Notes: a model not told the origin generated them from the letters alone. A stretch of DNA of 64,000 nt from an uncultured archaeon (GCA_964486045.1 CAZALK010000018.1:30089-94088); one strand, 5' to 3'; shown: positions 50,086 to 61,639, counted from the stretch's first letter. Program-made: numbers and translations.

Positions 50086-51207
50086 TTATTTATTTAACTC
50101 TCGAAACTTTAATAATAACTCTTTTTGTTTTTCTGAAATTTTTTTAGGGATTTCAATAGTAACAATTACATATTGATCTCCTTTACCTCTTCCCCGTAGA
50201 TATGATACACCACGATTTTTGATCCGAAATTCAGTTCCGGGTTGAGTTCCTGGTGGAATCGGTAATTCTTTTTTGGTAATTTTCTTTTCTTTGGAATCTA
50301 GAGTAGGAACTGTGATTTTCCCACCTAATGTGGCGGTTACTATATCAATATCTACTGGAGTATATAGATCATTCCCCTTACGTACAAAATGTTCACTATC
50401 TGCTACTCTAATCATTAAGTAAAGATCTCCAGGTATAGCATTCACAGAAGGAACATGTCCCCCTCCCTGAACTTTTAAATGAACCCCATCTTCAACACCG
50501 GGGGGAATATTGACATGAATCGTCTTTTCCTCTGGAACTACTTTTTTTCCCCCACAAGCCTTGCACTTTTTATTTATTACTTGACCTGTTCCGTTACAAG
50601 TATAACAAGCAGATTCCCGAATTATAGTACCAAATCCAGATTGAGTCATCTTCCTAACTCGACCACTTCCTTGACATTCCGGGCAACTTTTCACACTTGA
50701 GGGATCTTCTGCACCTGTTCCTTCACACTCATCGCAAGGGGTATATCGCTCAATTACCACATCTTTTTTTGTACCAAACATAGCTTCTTCAAAACTAATT
50801 TTGAAGAGATCTTCAATATCTTGTCCTACTTCTCTGCGTGGAGCAGCTCTTCTTCTTCCCCTTGATCCAAATCCAATATCATCGAAACCCCCAAATGGAC
50901 TAAAATCACCAAATATTGACTTTAAGAGTTCTTCAATACCGGGCACTCCCCCAGAGAAGAAATCACTCATATCAACTTGTACACCTCTGTGTCCAAACCG
51001 ATCATAATTTTGTCTTTTACTCTCATCGTTTAATACTTCATACGCTTCCTGGAGTTCGATAAATTTTTCTTTTGCTTTAGGATCTGTCTTATTCAAGTCT
51101 GGATGAAGTTTTCTAGCTAAACGTCGATAAGCTAACTTAATATCGTTTGTAGACGCATCTTTGCTCACCCCTAGTACTTCATAGTAATCTCTTTTCTTAG
51201 AACTCAT
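50086..51207 (-). CDS. dnaJ: Chaperone DnaJ
   Basis: J-domain with HPD; G/F region; four CxxCxGxG-type repeats. Confidence 0.97.
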   Translation of the reverse strand: MSSKKRDYYEVLGVSKDASTNDIKLAYRRLARKLHPDLNKTDPKAKEKFIELQEAYEVLNDESKRQNYDRFGHRGVQVDMSDFFSGGVPGIEELLKSIFGDFSPFGGFDDIGFGSRGRRRAAPRREVGQDIEDLFKISFEEAMFGTKKDVVIERYTPCDECEGTGAEDPSSVKSCPECQGSGRVRKMTQSGFGTIIRESACYTCNGTGQVINKKCKACGGKKVVPEEKTIHVNIPPGVEDGVHLKVQGGGHVPSVNAIPGDLYLMIRVADSEHFVRKGNDLYTPVDIDIVTATLGGKITVPTLDSKEKKITKKELPIPPGTQPGTEFRIKNRGVSYLRGRGKGDQYVIVTIEIPKKISEKQKELLLKFRELNK

Positions 51208-51525
51208 ATAGACTTAGCCTTTTAATGTTGTAAAATAAGATAGAAATTCAATTAATTAAAATTGTTTCTGAAATTTAATTTTTTAGGTAATAGATCCTTA
51301 ATTAAAATATACTATAAATAAATAGAGTCTGATAATTATTTCACATCTTTCCACTCTTTTTAGCAATTAAGATATAAATTTGTTTTCTTATAGTATTCCT
51401 AAGCTATACAATTAAACAAGTGTGTAATTATCACCATTTTAAAGTAATTCTATATTGGGAATATTAATATTAATATGAATTTTTATTGTGATTTAGGAGT
51501 TTTGAATGAAAAATAGTGTTATATT

Positions 51526-52572
51526 ATGCATAACGTGAAAATTATGAAGCAACAAGTTATGATTTCTCCAGGAGAAATTGAATTTATTGACGTTCCAATT
51601 CCAGATTTAATGGAAAATCAAGTTCTCGTTAAAATAATGAGAATTGGTATTTGTGGAAGCGATATTCATGTATACCACGGTAAACATCCTTATACTAATT
51701 ACCCAATTACTCAGGGACATGAAGTTTCTGGGAAGATTGAAAAAATAGGATCTAATGTACAAGGATTTAAACTAGGAGATAAAGTGACGATTCAACCTCA
51801 GATAGTTTGTGGAAAATGTTATCCATGTACTCACAATAAATATCATGTATGTGACAATCTTAAGGTTATGGGATTTCAAACAACTGGGACTGCCTCGGAG
51901 TTTTTCGCTGTAGAATCTGAAAAGGTGATAAAGTTAATGGATGAAATGACCTATGAACAAGGCGCTATGATTGAACCTTGTGCAGTAGCTGTCCATGCTG
52001 TATTAAAAGGAGGAAATATCACCGATTTTAATGTCTTAGTATTAGGATCTGGACCTATTGGGAATCTTGTAGCCCAAACTGCAAAAGTTTTCGGAGCAAA
52101 GGCTGTGATGATTACCGATTTAAGCGATTTCAGATTAGGAGTTGCAAAAGAAGTAGGCATTGATTTTACTATTAATCCTACAAGGGTTAATCTTTTAGAA
52201 GAGATTATTAAGACCTTTGGACCAAGCAAAGCAGATCTAATTATAGAATGCGTTGGAGCAAATGAAACTATTGATGATGCTATAAAAAACGCAAGAAAAG
52301 GTACAGATATAATTGTTGTTGGTGTTTTTGGAGATAAACCTACTATTGATTTAGGAAGTGTTCAAGATCGCGAACTAAGGGTGATTGGTAATATGATGTA
52401 TCAGACCGATGATTATGTTAAGGCAATTGAGCTTGTACAGTCGAAAAAAATATCTCTAGAACCATTAATGACGACTCACTTCCCGTTTGAGGATTATGAT
52501 AAAGCTTATAAGTTTATTGAGAATAAAAAAGATAAAGTAATGAAAGTTTTCATAGATGTTAATCAAGAATAG
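51526..52572 (+). CDS. Zinc-dependent alcohol/polyol dehydrogenase
   Basis: GICGSD; GHE; CGKCYPC...C; GSGPIG. Confidence 0.92.
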   Translation: MHNVKIMKQQVMISPGEIEFIDVPIPDLMENQVLVKIMRIGICGSDIHVYHGKHPYTNYPITQGHEVSGKIEKIGSNVQGFKLGDKVTIQPQIVCGKCYPCTHNKYHVCDNLKVMGFQTTGTASEFFAVESEKVIKLMDEMTYEQGAMIEPCAVAVHAVLKGGNITDFNVLVLGSGPIGNLVAQTAKVFGAKAVMITDLSDFRLGVAKEVGIDFTINPTRVNLLEEIIKTFGPSKADLIIECVGANETIDDAIKNARKGTDIIVVGVFGDKPTIDLGSVQDRELRVIGNMMYQTDDYVKAIELVQSKKISLEPLMTTHFPFEDYDKAYKFIENKKDKVMKVFIDVNQE

Positions 52573-53752
52573 GTGGAAAAAGTTGAGAAATATAAATTAT
52601 TACAATCCTACAAATATTAGATTTGGTTGGGGTAGAGTTTCTGAAGTTGGAGACATTGTAGCTCGATATGGTAAACGCTGCCTAATGGTAACAGTAGAAC
52701 CTTTTCCAGCTCTTGAACCAGTATTTAAAAGGATAATTAAGTTGTGTTCTGATGCGGGAGTCGAGATGTTTCATTTTGATGGGGTACAACCCAATCCAAC
52801 AACGGATAACGTTAATGCTGGTGTTAAAATGGGTGAAAAGAAAAATATAGATGTGATTTTAGGAGTTGGGGGTGGTTCAAGCATAGATACTGCGAAATGT
52901 ATTTCTGTAGGCCTAACACACAAAGGAGATGCTTGGGAATATCGTGTGATAGATGGAAAACCAATTAAAGATAAATTACTTCCTATTATTGCAGTATCTA
53001 CTACAGCAGGAACGGGTTCGGAAGTTACAGCTGCTGCTGTGGTAAGTAAAACTGATATACATTTGAAATACGCTCTTTATGACACTTTATTATGCCCAAC
53101 TGTAGGAATAATTGATCCAGAACTAACCTTAACATTACCTCCCCATATTACAGCATCTACAGGATGGGATTCATTTTGTCATTCATTTGAAGCGTATACT
53201 CATAATATAAATTCTTCTGATTATGTAGACATGCATGCTCTAAAAGGAATAAGGCTTGTAATTAAGAACTTGCCAATTGCGATAAAAGATGGACAAAATA
53301 AAGAAGCTAGAGAAGCTCTCCATTGGGCAAATACACTCGGAGGTCTTGCTATTCTTAATTCGGGTGTTACACTACCACATGGGATGGGAATGGCTATCGG
53401 TGGAAGTGCTCCCCATATCGCACACGGCGAAGCATTAGCTATTATGTATCCTGCCATCAACCAATGGACCTGGAAACATTCGATTAAAGAATATGCAACA
53501 ATAGCGAGACTATTCAATCCAGATTTGAAAGATGAATCCGATGAAGTTGCAGCAGAAAAAGGGTGTGATGAGATGGATAAGTTCCTAAAAGATATTGGGA
53601 TGTGGATGAGCTTTAAAAATAAAAACGTGTCTGAGAGCACATTGAAAGATATAGCAGAAGACACATTTAAACTCCCTGATTATTCAAATCATGCCTTAAT
53701 ACCAACAGCCGAAGATGTAATGGACCTTCTTAAGAAAAGTTTTAATCGATGA
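52556..53752 (+). CDS. Iron-containing alcohol dehydrogenase
   Basis: GGGSSID; TTAGTGSE; DSFCHSFE; HIAHG; true start is likely TTG at 52583 after AGGTGG. Confidence 0.92.
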   Translation: MLIKNRWKKLRNINYYNPTNIRFGWGRVSEVGDIVARYGKRCLMVTVEPFPALEPVFKRIIKLCSDAGVEMFHFDGVQPNPTTDNVNAGVKMGEKKNIDVILGVGGGSSIDTAKCISVGLTHKGDAWEYRVIDGKPIKDKLLPIIAVSTTAGTGSEVTAAAVVSKTDIHLKYALYDTLLCPTVGIIDPELTLTLPPHITASTGWDSFCHSFEAYTHNINSSDYVDMHALKGIRLVIKNLPIAIKDGQNKEAREALHWANTLGGLAILNSGVTLPHGMGMAIGGSAPHIAHGEALAIMYPAINQWTWKHSIKEYATIARLFNPDLKDESDEVAAEKGCDEMDKFLKDIGMWMSFKNKNVSESTLKDIAEDTFKLPDYSNHALIPTAEDVMDLLKKSFNR

Positions 53753-53879
53753 TAAGAAGAATTGATCTTATCTTTATTTTTATGACTAGATAAGATTGAG
53801 ATTCTTCTTTATCTAAAAATGAATGTAAGAATACATACCTATATAGATTAAGTTAAAATAGTTTCTAGAATGAAAAACA

Positions 53880-54089
53880 ATGAAAAATCAGGATGAGATT
53901 GCAACCATCAATAAACGACACTGGAAGAAGATGGTGAAGGAGGAATGTGGATTCACTCGTCCATGGTTAGAGCTGGATCATTAAATTGTTAGTCAGTATG
54001 CAATGGGTAAGTTGAATCCTGTACCAGAAACATTGGTTAGCATTTATCCATCTAGTGTCCTCTCTGATATTGAAAAACAGTTGCGTTAA
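53880..54089 (+). pseudogene. Truncated remnant resembling the N-terminus of a class I SAM-dependent methyltransferase
   Basis: MKNQDEIATINKRHWKKMVKEECGFTRPWLELDH*IVSQYAMGKLNPVPETLVSIYPSSVLSDIEKQLR*; in-frame TAA at 53982; ends before any SAM motif. Confidence 0.5.
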
Positions 54090-54236
54090 CTAACAAGAAT
54101 CTTCATAATCCCATTTTAAAGTTCCATAATATATTATACCAATTCGAGTTCCATTTTTCTCAATAATATGATCTCTGAGATGTCCCTCTTTAAATATAAC
54201 ATTATATCCATATTTTGGGATCTCACTTATACTTTA

Positions 54237-55301
54237 TTAATAATATCCCATCTTTTCTGTTAAACCTTTAGCTATACCCATATTTCGAACTATTAGATTA
54301 ATTGGCTCCCATGGAACCTCACAACCCAACGCATACATGTATTGTCCTCCTGGTTTTCCCCCTTCAATTGTATTAGAAACTTCATTTACAACATCATAAG
54401 TAGAATATGATAGGTTACCAAATACTGTTGTATTAGTATTTCCACGTAAGCAGTTGTTATTACCACATTTCTCTTTTGCTTTTTTTAGGTCAACTTGGTA
54501 GTCAAAGTCTATTATATCAGCATTTGTACTTGATATTAGTTTGATCATATCTCTTCCTTCTTTATCAACAATATCATTATCACCGCATACATGGTAAAGC
54601 ACAGGAACGTCCTTTCGAACATAATTAAATAATTCTTTGGTTGCATCTAAACAACAACTCTCATATCTCATCGGACCAATTTGGGAAATAGCAGAATCAC
54701 CCGCTCCTATTATATCTGCTCCAGCTTCTATTTGCAGTTTAACAAATTCTTTTTGGACAGGAAGAATTCTCTCAATTAATCCCTTTATGATATTAATCCA
54801 GTTGTGTTTCTTACATTGTAAGAGGACATTTATTAATCCAAATAAACTACAAATTTCGGCAAAAGGTGCTTCAATCCAACCAATTATACATTGATTTCCC
54901 CCATTAATTTTATTAAATTTTTTAACAGAGTTGACTCGATTCATAATCCTCTGATTTTCAAGTAAGTTAGGCGTTTCTATTGATTCAAAATCGCTTATTT
55001 CGATATTCTTTTTTGCAACGGGTGTATGACTCTCCCAATCAACCTCGACTCCCCAAGCACTTGCTTCTCTATAAGCGTCAGTAGAAACATTTACATGATC
55101 GATTCCTAAAAACTTGGCACATTTTACTTGAGAATCTACTAAAATTTCTGGATTTTGACAGTATTGATGATTATAGTCTACATTAGCTAGACTTGCGGCT
55201 AAATGCATAATAAATGGATTAAATGGTATTTTTTCAGGAGTACCCTTAATTGCAGAAATCGTTAAATCATGTGAATTCAAATTCTTGACCGAATCAAACA
55301 A
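54237..55301 (-). CDS. Uroporphyrinogen decarboxylase / MtaA-CmuA family protein
   Basis: EASAWG; GWIEAPF; QIEAGADIIGAGDS; LYHVCGD; LRGN; LGCEVP. Confidence 0.88.
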   Translation of the reverse strand: MFDSVKNLNSHDLTISAIKGTPEKIPFNPFIMHLAASLANVDYNHQYCQNPEILVDSQVKCAKFLGIDHVNVSTDAYREASAWGVEVDWESHTPVAKKNIEISDFESIETPNLLENQRIMNRVNSVKKFNKINGGNQCIIGWIEAPFAEICSLFGLINVLLQCKKHNWINIIKGLIERILPVQKEFVKLQIEAGADIIGAGDSAISQIGPMRYESCCLDATKELFNYVRKDVPVLYHVCGDNDIVDKEGRDMIKLISSTNADIIDFDYQVDLKKAKEKCGNNNCLRGNTNTTVFGNLSYSTYDVVNEVSNTIEGGKPGGQYMYALGCEVPWEPINLIVRNMGIAKGLTEKMGYY

Positions 55302-55562
55302 TTAAAATATTTAGGTATAATCTTATATTGGATTTAAAAGTTAAAACTTAAACTAAATTGAAATTCTAATTTTTAAGCAATAAAATCCCCACAAACTCAA
55401 GGAGAATAAAAAATAATAACTTATAAAAATTTTATTATAAATTCATTAAAGGGATTAAGAATTCAGACTGTTTCTACTTAAAATATAACATGAACATTTA
55501 ATAATTGTATTTAGGCTAGAATTATCGTATAAATATAAATTAAAAATTAAGATGATGTAAAG

Positions 55563-56102
55563 ATGAGTCTAGTATGTAATAATTGTGGAAGAAAAATAGA
55601 GACTGTGTCTCAACAATGTGGACAAAGTGTTAGTATTAACAATGAAACCAACAAATGGGAATGTGACATGGGAAGATGTGGTGTAATTTCGTTTGATAAA
55701 ATTCTCTGTGATAATTGTTGTATCAACAGTAGTATTTTGGAAATTTTTTATGGATTTGAACGTTTATCAGAAGAAAATCAAGAATTACGGCAAGAATTAG
55801 ATGAGTTAAAAACGAATATTGTCCAGATTAAATTAGAAAATCCAGATTTTGCGTATTGGGTAGAATTTGGGAACGGTAAATTTAAAGTTGGTAAAGGTGA
55901 AATAAGCGGTGCCACTATTGATATTAAATGCTCTCAAGAAGTCTGGAGTGATATCCTTGCTGGAAGAAAAGTTAGTTATAGTGAATTTTTCAAAGGTACT
56001 CTTAAGGTCGAAGGAGATCTTCAATATTTTGTGGTATTCGTTGATTTACTTGAGGTAATTTCAGAAATTAGTCAAGAAGTGGGGGTGGTATATAATGAAT
56101 AA
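55563..56102 (+). CDS. SCP2 sterol/lipid-binding domain protein with Cys-rich N-terminus
   Basis: CNNCG...CG...C...C...CDNCC; C-terminal FFKGTLKVEGD SCP2 signature. Confidence 0.8.
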   Translation: MSLVCNNCGRKIETVSQQCGQSVSINNETNKWECDMGRCGVISFDKILCDNCCINSSILEIFYGFERLSEENQELRQELDELKTNIVQIKLENPDFAYWVEFGNGKFKVGKGEISGATIDIKCSQEVWSDILAGRKVSYSEFFKGTLKVEGDLQYFVVFVDLLEVISEISQEVGVVYNE

Positions 56103-56874
56103 AACTTTTGTGTGGGGTCATAGAGGTGCGGGTTTTAGAGATGTCGAAAACTCTTTGTCATCATTTAAGAAAGCAGTTGATATGGGTGTTGATGGAATTA
56201 AAACAGAAGCTCAATTATCAAAAGATGGAGAAATATTTTTGTGTTTTCAGCAAAGTCTAAAAAAAAATGGAGAAGATATACCCATTAAGGATTTAGAAAG
56301 TAGTGAGATTAGATCCTTAAAGTTAGATAACAATCAATCAATTCTAACTCTTCCTGAATTAATCAGTGAATTTAAAAATCATAATATCCGCTATAATTTT
56401 GATATACGAGACCCTGAAATTGGTATAAGAATAATTGAAATAGCGAGAAAATTTAAAGTAATTGATAAAATTGAGCTAGCGAAAACAGCAATGGATGGTT
56501 CTCCTCTACCTGATATCTTTGGTAAAATTAGAGAATTCGATAAAAATGTTACATTGATTAATACCATTTTTCTAAAGTATGCAAACAATGAAAAAGAGCA
56601 TCTGGAATTAGAGAGTATGAGAGAACTAAATATCCAAGGGATTAATGTGAAATATAATTTTGCTACTTTTGAATTATTTAAGTTGGTAAAAGAAAATGGC
56701 TTTAAATTCTATGTATGGGGCCTGCTCTTTAATAGATCAATAAAAAAATTTCTACGGATGAATTATAATGACCAACCGGTAGATGCTGTTATGTCAAATT
56801 TTCCCGATCGATTAGTCAAATTAAGAAATGAAATTCAAAATGACGGGAAGAAAAAGTTAACTCCATTCAACTAA
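56095..56874 (+). CDS. Glycerophosphodiester phosphodiesterase family protein
   Basis: WGHRGAG...ENSLSSFKKA; VDAVMSNFPD; some catalytic positions look degenerate. Confidence 0.85.
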   Translation: MNKTFVWGHRGAGFRDVENSLSSFKKAVDMGVDGIKTEAQLSKDGEIFLCFQQSLKKNGEDIPIKDLESSEIRSLKLDNNQSILTLPELISEFKNHNIRYNFDIRDPEIGIRIIEIARKFKVIDKIELAKTAMDGSPLPDIFGKIREFDKNVTLINTIFLKYANNEKEHLELESMRELNIQGINVKYNFATFELFKLVKENGFKFYVWGLLFNRSIKKFLRMNYNDQPVDAVMSNFPDRLVKLRNEIQNDGKKKLTPFN

Positions 56875-56883
56875 ATTATTAAT

Positions 56884-56953
56884 AAGTTGAGTTATACTTC
56901 CCAAATTTTTTTTGGATCATTTAGCTATGAAAATAAAACCTCTTGAATATTGA
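56884..56953 (+). repeat. Direct repeat copy 1 flanking the TA module
   Basis: AAGTTGAGTTATACTTCCCAAATTTTTTTT (30 bp identical to 58070-58099), followed by degenerate similarity. Confidence 0.9.
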
Positions 56954-57032
56954 GAGACATTTCCATTTAAATAGAAATTTTTCAAGGTATTTTGAAAAAT
57001 TTATTTAATTGCTCTATTTATGAATATAAGAG

Positions 57033-57494
57033 TTACTTAAATGCAAAAAATTTCTTTAAAATATCAGGAGGGACAGGATTTTCATAACATAATCCAATTT
57101 TCTTACATAAATTATCAAAATCCGTATCTGTTGTTAAAATTGAGGTCACATTTTCTTGTTTAGCCAAAGCCAAATAATAACAATCATAAATATCGTGGTT
57201 TAATTCATTCGATAACTTAAAAGCTTCAATAATCGTTTCTCTATCCAAACCAACATAAATTGGACTTGAATAATTCTGTACAAATTCTAAAATGATTTCT
57301 TTTACAAGTTGTTTATCTATGTTCCATTTAGTAGTTAAAATCCAAAACGCACGAAATGGAAGAATTTCTGGAATAATTAATTTAAACGCACCCTTTAAAC
57401 CTTCATCCATTTCATCTTTAATATAATTGAATCCAGGATGATCTTCAACAAAGTAAATAGAAAAAAAATTTATATCAATTAATTTCTTACTCAT
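57033..57494 (-). CDS. vapC: PIN-domain toxin
   Basis: LIDIN; HDIYDCYYLALA; ILTTDTDF. Confidence 0.88.
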   Translation of the reverse strand: MSKKLIDINFFSIYFVEDHPGFNYIKDEMDEGLKGAFKLIIPEILPFRAFWILTTKWNIDKQLVKEIILEFVQNYSSPIYVGLDRETIIEAFKLSNELNHDIYDCYYLALAKQENVTSILTTDTDFDNLCKKIGLCYENPVPPDILKKFFAFK

Positions 57495-57758
57495 TCACTC
57501 ACCAAAAGTTGATTCTCCAGCTTTCAAAAAAGCATTCTTACCCCAATTCCCCATGCTTTTTACTGTTTTTTGTTTTGGAATAACTAGTTTAAGAATTAAT
57601 TTATCATTTTCATCTATTATTTCAAATTCCTCCCCTGGAATGAAATTATGCTTTTCACGGATACTTTTTGGAATAGTTACTCTACCCCTCTCATCAATAG
57701 TTACTTTCTCTACCATCTTTTTTTCAGCTGTTTTTCTTACCCATTTTTTTTTACCCAT
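57495..57758 (-). CDS. AbrB/MazE/SpoVT-family antitoxin
   Basis: VTIDERGRVTIPKSIREKHNFIPGEEF; true start is probably the second Met (57716). Confidence 0.9.
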   Translation of the reverse strand: MGKKKWVRKTAEKKMVEKVTIDERGRVTIPKSIREKHNFIPGEEFEIIDENDKLILKLVIPKQKTVKSMGNWGKNAFLKAGESTFGE

Positions 57759-58069
57759 TATATGATACCCCAGATAGACTTATAAATTGTTACAATTATA
57801 ATTTAAAGTATTAAAGCATCAAGTAAAATTTCATAATTAACTTAATAAATATTAAATAAATAATCCTATAACTTAATTTATCTCGATACCATTTTTTGAA
57901 AGCTAACTTAAATTTTTTTTATTCTCAAGTTCCGTATTTTAACATTAAGCTCCTCTAGTTGCACTTCCTTAATTATCTTGACATATAATCTAATACAATC
58001 TTTTTCAATTAACAAAATTGAACGAGGAAACTAATTTTTCCAACTTAGATAAGTTTCTTGGAAAAAATA

Positions 58070-58137
58070 AAGTTGAGTTATACTTCCCAAATTTTTTTTA
58101 GGAGGCAAATATGAAAGTAAAACCTTCTGAATATTGA
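58070..58137 (+). repeat. Direct repeat copy 2 flanking the TA module
   Basis: 30 bp identical to 56884-56913, then TATGAAAgTAAAACC..TGAATATTGA. Confidence 0.9.
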
Positions 58138-58318
58138 AAATAATTTGTATCTAAACAATCAGTATAGATTTCATAATCATTGAGAATAAGGAAATATAGC
58201 TTTAAAAACGGATCCTTTATGCATTTTTTATAATTATTAAGATTATTAATCAAAAAAAATGGATAATGTAATATTTAAAAAAATCAAGATTTAAAAATCA
58301 AGAAGAATTTGACTGGAT

Positions 58319-60373
58319 TTAGTCATCATCCGAATCATCATCCCATTCTACGTCTACTATCTTCTTATCTTTCTCAATATCCTTTTTTCCTTTATCTTTA
58401 TCTGTTTTATATGTTGCACCACCAGCTCCAGTACCACCCATATCCCCTGGGGGTGCTCCACCCATCCCTCCTGGAGGTACACCACCCATTCCGCTTGCAG
58501 CACGCTGGGCTTGTTCTGCGGCTTGTTGATAAACTTGATCTTGAGCTTGTCCTTGGTAAATCCTCTCGGAGAAACTATGCATAGATTTTTGAAGATTTTC
58601 TATTCCCATTTTGATTCGATTTGCATCATCAGTTTTAACATCCTCTTCTAGTGATGCTATTGCAGCTTCTATTTCGGTCTTCTCATTATCTTCAATTTTA
58701 TCTTTATTATCTTCTATTAGCTTTCTTGTTTGATAAATCATAGAATCCGCGGTATTCTTTGCTTCAACGAGTTCTTTTACTTTCAGATCCTCCTCTTCAA
58801 ATTGGGAAGCACTCCTAATTTTTTCTTCAATTTCTTCAGGAGTTAAACCTTGAGCACCAGTGACAGTAATTCCTGTTTCTTTACCTGTTCCTAGATCCTT
58901 AGCATTAACGTGAACTATGCCATCTGCGTCAATTGAAAATTTAACTTCAATTTGTGGTATACCTCTGCGAGCAGGTGGTATACCCGTTAAGTGGAACATT
59001 CCCAATGGAATATTATCTTTAGCCATTGCTCTTTCACCTTGAAGTACATTTATAGTTACTGCGGGTTGATTATCTGCTGCGGTACTAAAAACTTGACTTT
59101 TTTCAGTAGGAATTGTAGTATTTCGCTCAATTAATTTAGTGAAAATATTTCCTAGTGTCTCGACACCTAAGGAAAGGGGAGTAACATCTAATAAGAGTAG
59201 ATCTTCTACATCACCGGCTATAATTCCTCCTTGAATCGATGCACCAATTGCAACACATTCCATAGGATCTACTGAATGTTCTGGTTCTTTACCAAAATAT
59301 TTCTTAAATATTTCTTGAACAGAAGGCATACGAGTAGGTCCACCAACTAAAAGAATCTTATGTATGTCATTTACAGCTATTTTTGCATCAGAAACAGCTC
59401 TCCGCATTATAGGGTCTAATCTACTAAGCGTTGGTTCAATAAGTGATTCCAATTTTGCTCTCGTAAGCTCCATCGTTAAATGCACCGGATTACCTTCTTT
59501 TTGGGAGAGATAAGGTAAATTAATTGTAGTTGAGAGTGTTGTTGATAATTCAATTTTAGCTTTTTCACCAGCGTCCTTAATTCGAATCCAGGCCTTACTA
59601 TCACCCTTTAAATCAATTCCTTCTTTCTTTTTAAATTCTTCAGACACCCAGTCAATTATCGCGTTATCCATATCTGTACCACCGAGTTGAGTATCTCCAG
59701 CAGTTGACATTACCTCTACTACTCCTTCCCCATACTCCATGATTGTGATATCGAACGTACCACCCCCGAGGTCCAGAACACATATTTTCATTAATTTGCT
59801 TTTTGTATCTTTATCAAGGCCATAGGCTAAACATGCTGCTGTTGGTTCGTTAATCATGCGTACAACTTCAAGACCGGCGATCTCACCAGCATTTTTAGTG
59901 GCAGTTCGTTGAGCATCATTAAAATACGCTGGGACCGTAATTACTGCCTTCTTTACTTCTTGTCCTAAATACGACGATGCATCATTCTTTATTTTTTTAA
60001 GTATCATAGCACTAATTTCTTCGGGTGAGAATTCTTGAGTCTTATCTCCTACCTTTAATTTTGCTTTGTACGATGTACCCATTTTACGTTTAATAGCAGT
60101 TATGGTTCCATCTGGATTAGACACAGCTTGTCTACGAGCAGGTTCACCCACAATTTTTCTTCCACTTTCGTCAAATGCAACATATGAGGGAAATGCTTTT
60201 CCCCCAAGTGTCCTCCCCTCGGCAGCAGGGATTATTTCTGGTTGTCCTGTTCCGCTTAAAACGGCGCAAGCGCTATTTGATGTACCCAAATCAATGCCTA
60301 TGATTTTTTCCTTTCTAGTTTTCTTTTTCGATTCTTCTTTTACTTCTTCTTCTTTTACTCCTTCTTCACTCAT
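58319..60373 (-). CDS. dnaK: Chaperone DnaK (Hsp70)
   Basis: [11 protein letters not shown]; [11 protein letters not shown]; NEPTAA; DLGGGTFD; [11 protein letters not shown]. Confidence 0.98.
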   Translation of the reverse strand: MSEEGVKEEEVKEESKKKTRKEKIIGIDLGTSNSACAVLSGTGQPEIIPAAEGRTLGGKAFPSYVAFDESGRKIVGEPARRQAVSNPDGTITAIKRKMGTSYKAKLKVGDKTQEFSPEEISAMILKKIKNDASSYLGQEVKKAVITVPAYFNDAQRTATKNAGEIAGLEVVRMINEPTAACLAYGLDKDTKSKLMKICVLDLGGGTFDITIMEYGEGVVEVMSTAGDTQLGGTDMDNAIIDWVSEEFKKKEGIDLKGDSKAWIRIKDAGEKAKIELSTTLSTTINLPYLSQKEGNPVHLTMELTRAKLESLIEPTLSRLDPIMRRAVSDAKIAVNDIHKILLVGGPTRMPSVQEIFKKYFGKEPEHSVDPMECVAIGASIQGGIIAGDVEDLLLLDVTPLSLGVETLGNIFTKLIERNTTIPTEKSQVFSTAADNQPAVTINVLQGERAMAKDNIPLGMFHLTGIPPARRGIPQIEVKFSIDADGIVHVNAKDLGTGKETGITVTGAQGLTPEEIEEKIRSASQFEEEDLKVKELVEAKNTADSMIYQTRKLIEDNKDKIEDNEKTEIEAAIASLEEDVKTDDANRIKMGIENLQKSMHSFSERIYQGQAQDQVYQQAAEQAQRAASGMGGVPPGGMGGAPPGDMGGTGAGGATYKTDKDKGKKDIEKDKKIVDVEWDDDSDDD

Positions 60374-60784
60374 GTATCAAACACCCTCGTTCTTAGTATT
60401 ATGAGCATTAATAAATTTCAAAGCTTTTCTAATATTTAATAGTTATAAATTTGTAAATTTAGTATTGCTAATTAATTATTAATTAAAAAAGAATTAAAAA
60501 TTTTATGATATAGGCTTCTTTAAAAGCAATTCTAATTCTGTGATGTTTTACTCATTAATGTAAACTGTAGTCAAAAAATTTTCTTTTAAATCCCACACAA
60601 ATCTCTTGGTGAACTGGGGTATCATACAGAAATTTTAAATAGAACAAAATTTATTAAAATGTAAATTATGAGATTTATCTCGGGACTCAAAAATTTATCA
60701 ATAAAACCTCAATATCATAAAAAATAAATTTTAGATCAAATTCTAAATCATATATTTGATGATCATTATTTCAAGGGAGCTAAT

Positions 60785-61639
60785 ATGACTGAAGACAATA
60801 ACAACGAAATAAAAGAAACATCTAAAGATGCAAATAAAAACACAACCGAAGAAGAAGGAAAAATCCAGAATGAAAATACTGAAGATAAAAACAATTCTCC
60901 CGATGAAATAAAAAGCGAAGAAGTCAAGCAGTTAGAAGAAGGGGAACATTTTGAATTAGAATACTTCTCTAAAGATGAGGTTCTTGAAAAAGTTAAAGCT
61001 ATTGAGAAAGAGCTAACAGAAGTTAAAACTACTTCAAAAAAACTTAGAGAAGAGTCTGATGAGTCAAAAAAAAAATACATGCACTTACAGGCTGAATTCG
61101 AAAATGCTCAAAAACGCTGGAATAAATCAAGACAGGATTTGAGAACTCAGTATACCGCTTCCGTCCTAAAAAATTTCTTATCTTTGTACGATTCTTTTAA
61201 GAAAGCTCTCGATAGTGATAATGAAAGTGAAAAAAAGATATTGAATGGCTTCTACAACCAATTTATGAGCGTTTTCAAATCCTATAAGGCTGAGCCAATT
61301 GAAGTTAAAATAAATGATCCTTATGATTATACTAAACATGAAGCATTAACTTCGCTCGAAAGAGAAGATATCCCCGAAAATCGCATATTAGAATTAGTCC
61401 AAGATGGTTGGAAATATGGAAAAGAAGTAATTAGATACTCCAAAGTAGTAATATCACGTAAACCTAAACCACCTGAACCAGAACCGAAAGAAGAAGAAAC
61501 TGAAGATTTAGAAGAAGACCTAGAATCTCCTGAAGAAGAAAAAACCGAAAAACCCGAACTTGATCAAAAGAAAGGTAGACAGAAAAAATCAAGAAAAGAT
61601 AAAAAAGGTAAATTCAATAAAAAATCAGGTTCAGATTAG
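60785..61639 (+). CDS. grpE: Nucleotide exchange factor GrpE
   Basis: LQAEFENAQKR; YDYTKHEAL; VQDGW...VIRYSKVVIS. Confidence 0.92.
   Translation: MTEDNNNEIKETSKDANKNTTEEEGKIQNENTEDKNNSPDEIKSEEVKQLEEGEHFELEYFSKDEVLEKVKAIEKELTEVKTTSKKLREESDESKKKYMHLQAEFENAQKRWNKSRQDLRTQYTASVLKNFLSLYDSFKKALDSDNESEKKILNGFYNQFMSVFKSYKAEPIEVKINDPYDYTKHEALTSLEREDIPENRILELVQDGWKYGKEVIRYSKVVISRKPKPPEPEPKEEETEDLEEDLESPEEEKTEKPELDQKKGRQKKSRKDKKGKFNKKSGSD

Noticed and set aside
56865-56892. Integron attC site (ATTCAAC ... GTTGAGT match RYYYAAC/GTTRRRY)
   Set aside because: The boxes are far too close for an attC, no L boxes are evident, and the nearby recombinase lacks the IntI-specific insertion
57918-58016. Short minus-strand ORF (about 35 aa, approximate coordinates) upstream of the second TA pair
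   Set aside because: No motif or clear SD; cannot be supported
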